In this document: in pieces, positions 35,453 through 44,539 of the stretch
Layout of the letters: the number at the start of each line of letters is the position of its first letter
How positions within the stretch are numbered: position 1 is the stretch's first letter
Virus record (IMG/VR): IMGVR_UViG_3300012979_001162
Coordinates: 64,001 to 128,000 of that record
DNA length: 64,000 nt
From: a virus
Lineage: Duplodnaviria; Caudoviricetes
Reading direction: 5' to 3' (one strand)
Made by a program: the position numbers and the translations under genes
Notes under the pieces: generated by a model
What the model was told of the DNA's origin: nothing
Database searches by the model: none
Seen by the model: only the letters and a program-made list of their open reading frames with translations

Positions 35453-35609
35453 AACACGCTCTGCGTTTCTGTAGATATATCTTTAACAGTCTCATATTGA
35501 GATCATGAACGGATGTAAATACAGCAGTCAGGGCTGGTGATAACCAGCATTGACTGCTGTACGTCATATCATTCATGATCTGAATTGAAAGCGAAACACC
35601 TTGTGTGTT
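35453..35609 (-). ncRNA. RT-associated array unit R7 (satellite array)
   Basis: arms AACACGC/GTGTGTT; flank A ...ATCTTTAACAGTCTCAT; hairpin 35500-35581 with GATA loop; flank B TGAA...CACCTTG. Confidence 0.75.
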
Positions 35610-35636
35610 ATGCGTTATCTATCCGCAGTTAATTAA

Positions 35637-36548
35637 TTAGTTATTATAGATTTTATCCATAGCAATCTCAAAATTAAAGTTGTTATCAGAAATAACCTTC
35701 TTCATAAGAGCAAACATTCTCCATCCTTCACCCTTGTACTCATTAAGTCTCTTGTTCAATACACTTACTGCGGCCATTCCATATACCATGCGTCCATCAA
35801 CCTTGATACCACAATTATGGAACATTACAAGGTTCTTAAGCGTGTAGAACGCACCTTCGCCCTTATATGCATCAATCCAAGCCTTGCTCTTAGGAGTAGT
35901 GTAAGGAAGTGCAATCATCTTGTACATGAAACTCTTCACAATCTTGTAAAGCTCATTGTAGTTGCTTGCATACTTAATTCTGTTAATATCATATCTAAGC
36001 GGTGCATATACCTTTTTATCCAGGTCAACAACGAAGATATTTTGGCTCTTAACTCTCTTGTAAGGTACGCCCTTGCAGTTCTTTGTAGGAAGAGTATCAA
36101 CGTGCTTCATAAGTTCTGCAACATAATCTTCCATAGTCTTCACGATAACATCCTTAGTGAAGAAATGTGCTCTTTCAACGAACGTATCTCTATCTCTTTC
36201 TTCAAGCTTACCAAGTACTCTGATTTCCTCAAGCATCATATCGAATGAGTACTTAAGACCGTGTCTCTTAACCCATTCGTTGTAACCAGTCTTTCTACCA
36301 TCGTAGGACTTGTAGTTAAGACCTTGGAACATTTGCGCCATAACAAATCTTCTGTGAAGCTGAGTATTTCTTACGTAACCGTCCTCAATGATTTGGTTTG
36401 CAATAGTGTCCTCTACTTTCACGGGATTGCCGTTTTCATCAATGATAATAGTCACACTACCACCATTCTCAAGAGGTACAGTAAAGTACTTGCTAGTGTT
36501 AACTCCCATAGCGTTAAGTTTGTTCATTCTTTCATTCTTGTTCAACAT
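35637..36548 (-). CDS. hypothetical protein (303 aa) between the two arrays, candidate RT-system partner
   Basis: long ORF with AGGAG RBS; no recognisable domain. Confidence 0.75.
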   Translation of the reverse strand: MLNKNERMNKLNAMGVNTSKYFTVPLENGGSVTIIIDENGNPVKVEDTIANQIIEDGYVRNTQLHRRFVMAQMFQGLNYKSYDGRKTGYNEWVKRHGLKYSFDMMLEEIRVLGKLEERDRDTFVERAHFFTKDVIVKTMEDYVAELMKHVDTLPTKNCKGVPYKRVKSQNIFVVDLDKKVYAPLRYDINRIKYASNYNELYKIVKSFMYKMIALPYTTPKSKAWIDAYKGEGAFYTLKNLVMFHNCGIKVDGRMVYGMAAVSVLNKRLNEYKGEGWRMFALMKKVISDNNFNFEIAMDKIYNN

Positions 36549-36613
36549 AATTCATTTCTCCTTCAAATTTGTTTTATTTGCTCTGTATTGCCGAGCGTCG
36601 CATATTTTTTTGT

Positions 36614-37084
36614 TTACTTACCTTCGACCCAACTTCTTAATAGAACCAAATCCGGGTCATTTTTTGATTGGTAAAACCATTTACCCTGCATTATGTCTTC
36701 ATCCCATACCAGTTGTCCACTCACAATCATACACAGTACAAATCCTTCAAGTGCTGCTTGTGAAACCTCTCTCCTTTCTGCAACTATAAGTTGCTCGTCT
36801 GTGATTTCTTCCATAGGAAGCGCTTTGAAATAGTGTCTGCGCTTGTTATCACTCCTTTCGCTCGGTAGAGAGATTTTATAACTTCGATATCTTTGCAGAA
36901 TCCCTTGAAGAATATCTTCTAAGCAATCCTGTTTAAAGACTGGGTTTATCAGCTCTTTTGATTCATCAAACTCTCCGTCCTTAATCAGATAATCATTTCC
37001 AACTTTCATATTTCTTTTTTCAAAGTCAATATGAAATGACTCACCATCGCTTACCCTATTAATAAGCTCTTCATAGATTGACAT
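36614..37084 (-). CDS. hypothetical protein (156 aa) directly after the main array, candidate RT-system partner
   Basis: ATG at 37084 with GGAGGT RBS (37091-37096). Confidence 0.75.
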   Translation of the reverse strand: MSIYEELINRVSDGESFHIDFEKRNMKVGNDYLIKDGEFDESKELINPVFKQDCLEDILQGILQRYRSYKISLPSERSDNKRRHYFKALPMEEITDEQLIVAERREVSQAALEGFVLCMIVSGQLVWDEDIMQGKWFYQSKNDPDLVLLRSWVEGK

Positions 37085-37106
37085 ATAATTACCTCCTTTT
37101 AGTTTT

Positions 37107-37263
37107 ATAGACACTCAATAGTTGTGGCACATTTCTTTATTTGCTTCATAATATCAGATAAGAGAAGCTTTCACGACGCCAGAAGGCGGTAGTCACCGCG
37201 TGGATGGCGTCGTGTGAGCTTATTACTTATCTGGGATTTGAATTTAACTACCTTGTTATCTAT
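37107..37263 (-). ncRNA. array unit R6
   Basis: arms ATAGA/TCTAT; hairpin 37155-37233 (CAGATAAG/CTTATCTG, CACGACGCCA/TGGCGTCGTG, GCGGT/ACCGC). Confidence 0.75.
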
Positions 37264-37276
37264 TGGTGTGCTCCAA

Positions 37277-37429
37277 GATTGCTCATAATTACGGCACATT
37301 TCTTTAATAGTTTCATTTGTACAGGTTCTGCCAGAGCAGCACGCAAGTAGAGCGGCGTGATATCGCCGCACGAAGGGCGTGCTTCTCTGGTTAAATAACC
37401 TGTAGTATGAATTTAATTACCTTGCAACC
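37277..37429 (-). ncRNA. array unit R5
   Basis: arms GATTGC/GCAACC; hairpin 37320-37404 (TACAGGTT/AACCTGTA, CCAGAG/CTCTGG, AGCACGC/GCGTGCT, GCGGCG/CGCCGC). Confidence 0.75.
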
Positions 37430-37448
37430 AACCGCTATGCTGCGGGTC

Positions 37449-37602
37449 CAAATTGCTCACAATATTGATACATTGCTTTACTTGTTTCATATCAAACGAT
37501 AGTGCCTGTCAGGAGCAGGTTAGGACTGGGAAATTTCCCAGTAGTAACCTGCTGATCACAGGTTAACTGTCGTTTCTTTGAATTATATTGCCTTACAATT
37601 TG
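37449..37602 (-). ncRNA. array unit R4
   Basis: arms CAAATTG/CAATTTG; hairpin 37494-37575 (AAACGATAGT/ACTGTCGTTT, CCTGT/ACAGG, AGCAGGTTA/TAACCTGCT, ACTGGGAA/TTCCCAGT). Confidence 0.75.
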
Positions 37603-37620
37603 TCGTTGTACTACGAAGTT

Positions 37621-37772
37621 AAACTACTCACAACCACGATACATTTCTTCATTAGTTTCATGAGTGAAGGCTGGCTCCGAGTAAAGGAGCTGCGATAATC
37701 TACGATAGCGGATTATGGCAGCTCATGTCTCGGGTGCAAAGCCTTCTGCTGAATTTGATTGCCTTGTAGTTT
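37621..37772 (-). ncRNA. array unit R3
   Basis: arms AAACTAC/GTAGTTT; hairpin 37666-37746 (GAAGGCT/AGCCTTC, CCGAG/CTCGG, GAGCTGC/GCAGCTC, ATAATC/GATTAT, cGATAg loop). Confidence 0.75.
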
Positions 37773-37790
37773 GCTGATGTATTTCAGGCT

Positions 37791-37946
37791 TGAATTACTC
37801 ACAACTGCGACACATTGCTATATTTGTTTCATGAATGGAGGTGTAGTCTGAAAGACGTATCTTGATTCAGGAATTATTCCTGAATTGAGGATACGTCCTT
37901 CAGAGTTATGACACCTCCTTGCTGAATTTAGTTGCCTCGTAATTCA
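37791..37946 (-). ncRNA. array unit R2
   Basis: arms TGAATTAC/GTAATTCA; hairpin 37837-37918 (GGAGGTGT/ACACCTCC, TCTGAA/TTCAGA, GACGTATC/GATACGTC, ATTCAGGAA/TTCCTGAAT). Confidence 0.75.
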
Positions 37947-37960
37947 TCACTGTGTTGTGG

Positions 37961-38131
37961 ATGATTGCTCGCAACGATGGCGCATATCTTTAATTGTTTC
38001 GTATTAGGAAGAAAGTGCTAACTTTCTTTGCATCGCAGGATGAGCCGGCGCTCTGCGCCTGCTCTGATCCTGCCATCCCAAAGAAGTTTGTCATCTTGCT
38101 TCCGAATTGAATTTCATTGCCCAGCAATCAT
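37961..38131 (-). ncRNA. array unit R1 (RT-proximal)
   Basis: arms ATGATTGCT/AGCAATCAT; hairpin 38007-38103 (GGAAG/CTTCC, CTTTG/CAAAG, GCAGGAT/ATCCTGC, GGCGC/GCGCC). Confidence 0.75.
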
Positions 38132-38140
38132 TTTGTTGCG

Positions 38141-39424
38141 TTACATAGTTCTGACTAATGCTTCATATACAGCCCTACTCGTCAAGATTGCATTCTGCAT
38201 ACAACCAATAGTCAAATAACCATTGATTTCTTTATCGGTTTTATGACGGTTTGCCGTTACATTCTTGCCGGTGCCTCGCAGAATAGTATAATCATCTCGG
38301 TCGTTCACACTACCAAGACCGCCAATCTTTTTCTTCTTTGTGGCACAGGCTCTAATGGAATCCATCACAAAAGCATTCAGTGTTTCAATATCCTTTTCCA
38401 CATTAATAATCGGCAGTACTGAAGTTGCCCAGGAATACTTGCCATCTCCTTTGTAAAGATAGTCATTAACTCTGTTGGTTGCTTTTGTTAACGAAGTTTT
38501 ACGCTGCTTGATTGTTCGTGCTTCAATCTCCCTTTGAAAGCTTTTAACACGAGACTTGGAGAGTGTGATTTGGTCGCCCTTGATATTAAATCCAAGGAAC
38601 TTAACCCATCTGTCTTTATAGACAATCTCTACTTTCTTAGGATTGAGCGACACTCCATACTTGCTAATAATCTTATTCATATCGGCAATTACTTCCCGTG
38701 GATTATTGTGCAAAGTCATACAATCATCAGAGTATCTACAATAAAAGTTGTACTTATTACTCATAAACTCATCAAGCTCATACAAGATTACATCAGCAAG
38801 AAATGACCCGATTGCATTGCCTTGTCTAATACCGCAATACTGTTCAACAAGGTTGCCATCTAAATCAAACACAAGATTATTACTCCAACACTTACGAAGC
38901 AAATTCATTACGGGTTCTGTTCCTTTTTGAAAACCGAGTTTTCTTTCAATGGTATCAAACACATTGTATATGGCCTCGATGTTAACAACGTCAAAGTAGT
39001 GGGAAAAATCAGACTTGACTCCCACTACTCCGTTATTTGTTTTCATATTGACTAAATTGTTTGAAAATTCTTTTACGGTCTTACCTGTGCCCAAATTCTT
39101 CTGATAAGACTTACAAGATGGATGAATCATTTCGGGAAACAATTCAAACAAGCAGTCGTTAATCAAACTCTGAATACATCTATCCACATTTTCGCCAACA
39201 AATACTGTTCTAAATTCGCCCGGCGTTTCTTTCGGAATTTGAGCCATATGCGGAGGTATAAACTCCATTTCTTCGTTTTTAATTGCGTTATAGATTGCGA
39301 GGCGAACTTGAGGTTGGCACATTTTTCTAAGTTCGCCCTTATCTATGCCTTTGAGTTCCGCTTTCTCAATAAGCGCTTCCCAACGAGACATTTTAAACAT
39401 CTCTTCTAACAGTTTGTTATTCAT
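38141..39424 (-). CDS. reverse transcriptase (427 aa)
   Basis: RT motifs IPK.TPGEFR, DRCIQ, KSDFSHYFD, GIRQGN, RYSDD, LNPKK and FLGF; start MNNKL at 39424 with GGAG RBS, overlapping the HNH stop. Confidence 0.95.
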   Translation of the reverse strand: MNNKLLEEMFKMSRWEALIEKAELKGIDKGELRKMCQPQVRLAIYNAIKNEEMEFIPPHMAQIPKETPGEFRTVFVGENVDRCIQSLINDCLFELFPEMIHPSCKSYQKNLGTGKTVKEFSNNLVNMKTNNGVVGVKSDFSHYFDVVNIEAIYNVFDTIERKLGFQKGTEPVMNLLRKCWSNNLVFDLDGNLVEQYCGIRQGNAIGSFLADVILYELDEFMSNKYNFYCRYSDDCMTLHNNPREVIADMNKIISKYGVSLNPKKVEIVYKDRWVKFLGFNIKGDQITLSKSRVKSFQREIEARTIKQRKTSLTKATNRVNDYLYKGDGKYSWATSVLPIINVEKDIETLNAFVMDSIRACATKKKKIGGLGSVNDRDDYTILRGTGKNVTANRHKTDKEINGYLTIGCMQNAILTSRAVYEALVRTM

Positions 39425-40193
39425 TTTTCCTTCTCCTTTCATTTGGATTAAAGTACTCGTTATCACATGTTTGCGATGCATCATACGACCATTCATTAAA
39501 ATACCGTTCTTCAGCATCTTTCCGTGCCGCAATTGCATCATCAATATTTACAAAATCTCCTAAGTTAACATTCTCTCCATATTTGCAGATGTAAGCTCTA
39601 AATTTGCCGCTATCCTTAAGTTTATGGATGCCAACAATTCCAGTGTTACTATTGGCACAATTTGTATTCATATTGTTTTGACTTCTAGTTGCGATACGCA
39701 AATTACATTTACGATTATCGTTTCTTGTTTCTTTTCCGTGCTTATGGTCAATATCGTATTCTCCGTCATATTCCATAATGATTCGATGCATCAATACAGT
39801 TTTACCATCGCGATGACCAGTAACATAGTTATACATTTTTCCTTTTCCAAGAAACCATGTAATATCTTTGATTTTATCATAATCTTCTATGTCAAAGTAA
39901 AATGCCTCACCTTTATTGGTATATCCAATTCCATAATCTCCAGACAGATCAAATTTATTTGGTTTTGATAAAACTTCTTGCAATGTTTCCTTGTGAATAC
40001 AACCGCAAGACTGTGTTCTATTGTGTGTCAAACTATATCCGTCAATGGCTTTAAGTTCTGGGTTACCACAATCACACTTGCAATACCACATAACCTTGTG
40101 TTGACCACTTGGAACAACTCTATCTGGCGCTTGGCAAATTACCTCCAGTCTTCCGAATTTCATTCCTATCAAACTTTTCTTTGGTGTAATCAT
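39417..40193 (-). CDS. HNH homing endonuclease with AP2 domain
   Basis: FGRLEV..WYCKCDCG..SCGC, MHRIIM..IDHKHG..NDNRKCNLR, TGIVGI..FRAYI..LGDF; paralogous in layout to 17672-18661. Confidence 0.85.
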   Translation of the reverse strand: MITPKKSLIGMKFGRLEVICQAPDRVVPSGQHKVMWYCKCDCGNPELKAIDGYSLTHNRTQSCGCIHKETLQEVLSKPNKFDLSGDYGIGYTNKGEAFYFDIEDYDKIKDITWFLGKGKMYNYVTGHRDGKTVLMHRIIMEYDGEYDIDHKHGKETRNDNRKCNLRIATRSQNNMNTNCANSNTGIVGIHKLKDSGKFRAYICKYGENVNLGDFVNIDDAIAARKDAEERYFNEWSYDASQTCDNEYFNPNERRRKNE

Positions 40194-40226
40194 ATAACAT
40201 TCTCCTTTGTTAATCATTTTGTATTG

Positions 40227-43200
40227 TTATCCTACCCTCGCAATTCCGCCACCAAAGGACTTAACGGCAATTGTACCAAATTCGCTACAATAATCAACAC
40301 TCTTATTCCATACATAAGAGAATGCATAGCCGTCCTTTACTTCTTCGAGTGTCATGCTCCATTCTTCGTCATACTTGCTGATGATAAGGAAACTGTAACA
40401 TTCACCGAACTCAAATATGTTGTGGGTTACGGCATAGACAAGTGAACCTGTTTCTTCTTCGAACTCTCTGATTTTCTTGAGCAACTCAGGCTCTTGGGAT
40501 TCGTCAATGTAGTAACCTCCAAACCCCTCAAACAGAGTTACTGTGCCGTCCTTTTCGAACTTCTTGATGTAGGGTGCGTAGATGTCAAGTGATTTCATTG
40601 CGCTGATTGCGACTTCTTTTTGTGTCATAGTTTAATCCTCCTCAAATTCAGTTTCGTTAATCATTTCATAAGCATTATTAATTGGACAACAAGGACAATC
40701 TACTTCCTCGTCTCCATCGCAAATGTTGTTGTTAATGCATTTTCTGCAAAACTCAGAAAGCTGCTTTTTTGCTACTTCTTTATCAAACATATCAAAGATC
40801 CTCCTGTGCGGTAATCGCCCTCTTCAAAGCATCTGCCATTCTTGGGTCTGCGTTAATTTCATCCATAGTTAAACCGAGTGCTTCAAGCGTGTCGGTAAGG
40901 TCTTGAGTGTAACTGTACTCGTGGTTACCAAGTTCGTAGTTGAACATCTCAAACAAATAATCATCACCACGCTTACGAGCCATCTTTCGCTCAAGTTCGT
41001 GACGTTCAAACATCTTATGCATCGCATCGGCGTCAGATTTGCGAACATAACCACCACCGCCGATGGAATAGATTTTATCGGTATCGTCGGGGGTAAGTCC
41101 CCACTTGGTCATCATTTCGTCGAATTGCTTTTGATTGAATGCGAACCCGAATGGGAATGCATCAACCTCTTTTTGATGCTTGGATTTAAGTTCTGTGTAT
41201 TTATTCATTACATTACATCCTCCTCTTTAAGTGAATATTTTTTGATAAAATATTGTTCCCATTTGTCGTGCCAAGCAAGCCACTCATCATGATGATTGGT
41301 GGAGTTTGGCATATCATCAACAGGAATGGACTCTATGATGCGACAAAATCCTAATGCTATACTGTCTTGAGCTCGAAGTTGAATTTCGCCGTTTTCATGA
41401 TGGACCAAGTATTTATGATCATTCATATATAGCCTCCTTATCCCGTAATCCTACGAGATTTTGTTTCATAATCGAAGTGATTGCCATCGGCAGAATGAAA
41501 GCGAAGCACACAGTAGTCTTTCGTGTTTTGGACCATACTGATACTTGTGAGGCGACCCAGAATATCTTTTTCTCTATTGCCTGCAAGTTCATTTTCCAAA
41601 CGCCACAAATGAGTATGTCCATCTTTCATTTTTCTCAAATCATCAAACAACCATTGTGTGTAGGTGCCTTTCAAGTGTTTTTGTACGTGATTTTCATTCA
41701 TATACTCAAGCAATGCTTCGGTTGTGCCAATTTGTCTCGGAAGTGCATTTTGGCGTTTTTCATATGGGGATATCTTTGTATATCTTGTAACCTCAAACGG
41801 CTCAAATATATTAAGAGGATTTTCCATATAATAGAACTCGTCTTTGTATTCAATAAGTGCATATTTGAAATCAACAAATGCCCCGTTATTGTCTTTCTCT
41901 GCGAAGTATGTAACAAACGCACCTCTTGCAGTTAGATAGTTGAGTAGATTGTTCCACTCTTGGTCGTTCATAGTTGAATGTAGTTTCATTGCCATCTCTC
42001 CTTTTTCTTTTCGCTCTTTGTCATCCTACCCTCACAAGGCATTGTACGAGTGGTCTCGCCGCAAGCCTTGAAGTAGATGCAGTTGATGCAGGGGTGGATT
42101 GGTTGTTTCATAAGAACACCTCCTTTACCATTCCATAAATATTTCATTTATGTTTTTATTTAATTTAAAGTGTCGCATAGAATATTTTTGTTCATTAAAC
42201 ATGCGGTTATTATCCCTCATATCTCTTTCTTTTCCCTTTTCCAGACTTTCAATCGAATCATATATTCCAATTAATTCTCTGAAGCCAGAAGATAATCCTA
42301 CTGTATAAGTTAAAGTATAAACTTCCACCGACGGTACCTCCTTTAATAATTTGTAAAGCAAAATCCAATCTTGTCCTCAATTTCAGAAATTTGATCAGCA
42401 AAGAATCTGCGATAAATGTCTTGATGTTTGACAATGTAGATGTGAGTATCAAGACAGTTGATATACCAATCTATATCATCGACCGGATTTATTTCGCTCA
42501 GTTCTTCGATATACTCAGGGATTTTATCGCCCCATTCTATATCATATTTGTGGCTGAGATATACATCTTGGGTATCAAGTGCAGCCTCCTTTTTGTCAAT
42601 GACTTCAGGACTATCGCTTTTCTTTGGCAATGTTTCATCGAGAATCTGCAAGTCTTCAATAACATCGGGTTTGATGTTTGTGATTAAATCATTAAGTTCA
42701 TCAACTCCCTTTTGGAAGACGGCTCTGATTAAGCTCGTCAAAGACAAATTGTTTTCTTCTACTAACTCGTCGAGTATGTCATCAAGATCATATCCGATGT
42801 CGTCTAATATGGATAAGTCGCATTGTCCACATTTTAATAGGTGCATTAGCGCCCACTCTGATTGTTTGATCATTTGGATACCTCCTTATTCCAAACTTCA
42901 ATTGCTTTCTTTTCTGTAAATCTCGTCACTTTTCTTCGACAGTAGCAACACTGAATTGTTGTGCTAATATGGATACCGAGAAAGTATGAGTGATAAGGAA
43001 GTATCATAGAACACTCGCAGTTACAAGGTTTAATTTCTTTCATGATTATACTCTTCATGTTTTCACCTTCTTTATAATTCTCCATCCTTTGCACGGATGT
43101 GTTGCCCAAATTCTCAGTCCGGCAGACCAGTCGTTGCCGTCTTTGATGCGTTCAAGTAGGTACATCATTCATAGTCCTCTCTATACTCGCAATCATAACG

Positions 43201-44538
43201 TTCTTTTTCAAACTTCTCGCAGATATTGAAGAACATCCGTCTTGCTTCTGCATTTGTAAGACACACTTTCGTTTCTGTCTCAGGTGCTGCGTCAAACCAA
43301 CCACTTCGGTATGAACGAACAGTTGTAACTACATTATCATCGCAATATACTGCGTCGTAGATGATACATTCGTTACCATAGTGCTTATATTTCGCTTTCA
43401 TTCGGTTACCTCACTTTCGAGCCATTCCCTCACATCTCCTGCTTGAACATCGCAAAACTTTGCAAATTTGCATTCACTACACCACTGGTGTCCATTCATC
43501 AGACACACATCATTTTCTGCGATGGCTTCAAAGATTTCCGTAAGTTCATCTATGCTCATTGCTTTGATGCGTTCAAAGTTTGTCATTCTGTGGGTATTAG
43601 CGTCTGCTACATCTAATACAGTTGTGTTTTGGCAGATATATGAGTTTTGTGCCAAGTCTATGAACTTTTCTTTCGGTAAGTCCATCACCTCGCCGAAGTT
43701 CATGGTACAGATGAATTGGTCGGTGCGGACTATTATTTTGTTAGTTTTCATTTGAGTTCCTCCTTGTAGTTCTTGACATTCATCAAGAGCTCAACAACCT
43801 GCTCGGGAGTAAGATAGCCTGCGACCATACCGTCAGAGTCGCACCCCTCAGGCAAGAATCGGTCAATATCGGCAAAGTTATTACCTTTAATAACCGCAAC
43901 CTCTGCGGTGTTAGACTCTGCGTCTTTGGAAAATGTAAAGTCCATATCTTTAGGAAAATGGTTATCGCAGTAATTTCCTGCGCCCCACTGAACGGACACT
44001 TCAAGTCCGTTTTCAAAGGTGATATGGAAACCTTTTCGCATAGTGGATACGAATTTCTTCATTTGTTAAAATCCTCCGTTTATTAAAGTTATTGGTTATA
44101 CAAAAGCAACCATACTCCAAACATAGATGCCTACGAGTATGGGAATTGCGATAATTATTTCCGCAAGAATGATTGCGGTTAGGGTTTTGATTAGTTTCAT
44201 TCGGTTACCTCCTTATTTGTCCACAAATCATTGTGGATATTTTTAAGAACATAGTCATAGATTTTCGCTTCATTGCCGACCAACCAACCGATTGACAGTG
44301 CAAGCCAATGCTCTTGTGTTTTGGGGTTGATTACAAGCAATCCGTGACCACAAGAATCAATATCTGCGTGTAGATTTTCAGGCTTTTCTTCTGCCCAATG
44401 CCACCAATTACAGAGGTCAAAAATATCCTCAGCATCAAAGGTTTCAACCTCTGCATACCCAAGATGTCGTGGTGTCATAATATGAGTTATACGACCATCT
44501 TCAATGACTTGGTCAAAGTGAAAAATATTTACTTTCAT
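40227..44538 (-). other. cluster of ~13 hypothetical genes (including 40227-40628, 40792-41208, 41438-41995, 42343-42873, 43398-43751, 43748-44062, 44197-44538)
   Basis: co-oriented ORFs with RBS. Confidence 0.6.
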
Positions 44539-44539
44539 A

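Larger units (their letters stand above)
37107..38131 (-). repeat. tandem array of six ~170-nt structured units downstream of the RT
   Basis: flank A (+ strand, approx. CTCACAA-N5-R-CATTTCTTTA-T-GTTTCAT) ends at 37149, 37316, 37490, 37661, 37832, 38002 (periods 167, 174, 171, 171, 170); flank B TGAATT-N4-RCCYNR at 37239, 37408, 37579, 37750, 37923, 38108. Confidence 0.92.

Noticed and set aside
37171-37371. 66-aa ORF in the array (and 38028-38219 on +)
   Set aside because: No RBS, cuts across structured repeat units; chance ORFs
37155-38103. Array hairpins as tandem terminators or REP/MITE elements
   Set aside because: No U-tracts, long bulged stems, and hairpin sequences are unrelated to each other while the flanks are conserved
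37107-38131. CRISPR array
   Set aside because: Period ~170 nt, flanks degenerate rather than identical, variable parts are self-complementary hairpins, and no cas genes are in the window
35289-39424. Diversity-generating retroelement
   Set aside because: No TR/VR pair differing only at adenines was seen; units differ at all four bases and match no coding 3' end that I could find
37961-39424. Group II intron
   Set aside because: No domain V/VI downstream on the coding strand (the GAGCCG at ~38042 is on the opposite strand and part of the R1 hairpin), no interrupted host gene, and the upstream sequence is an HNH gene
39425-39544. 40-aa N-terminal extension of the RT in the ORF track
   Set aside because: Overlaps the HNH gene; the RBS supports the start at 39424
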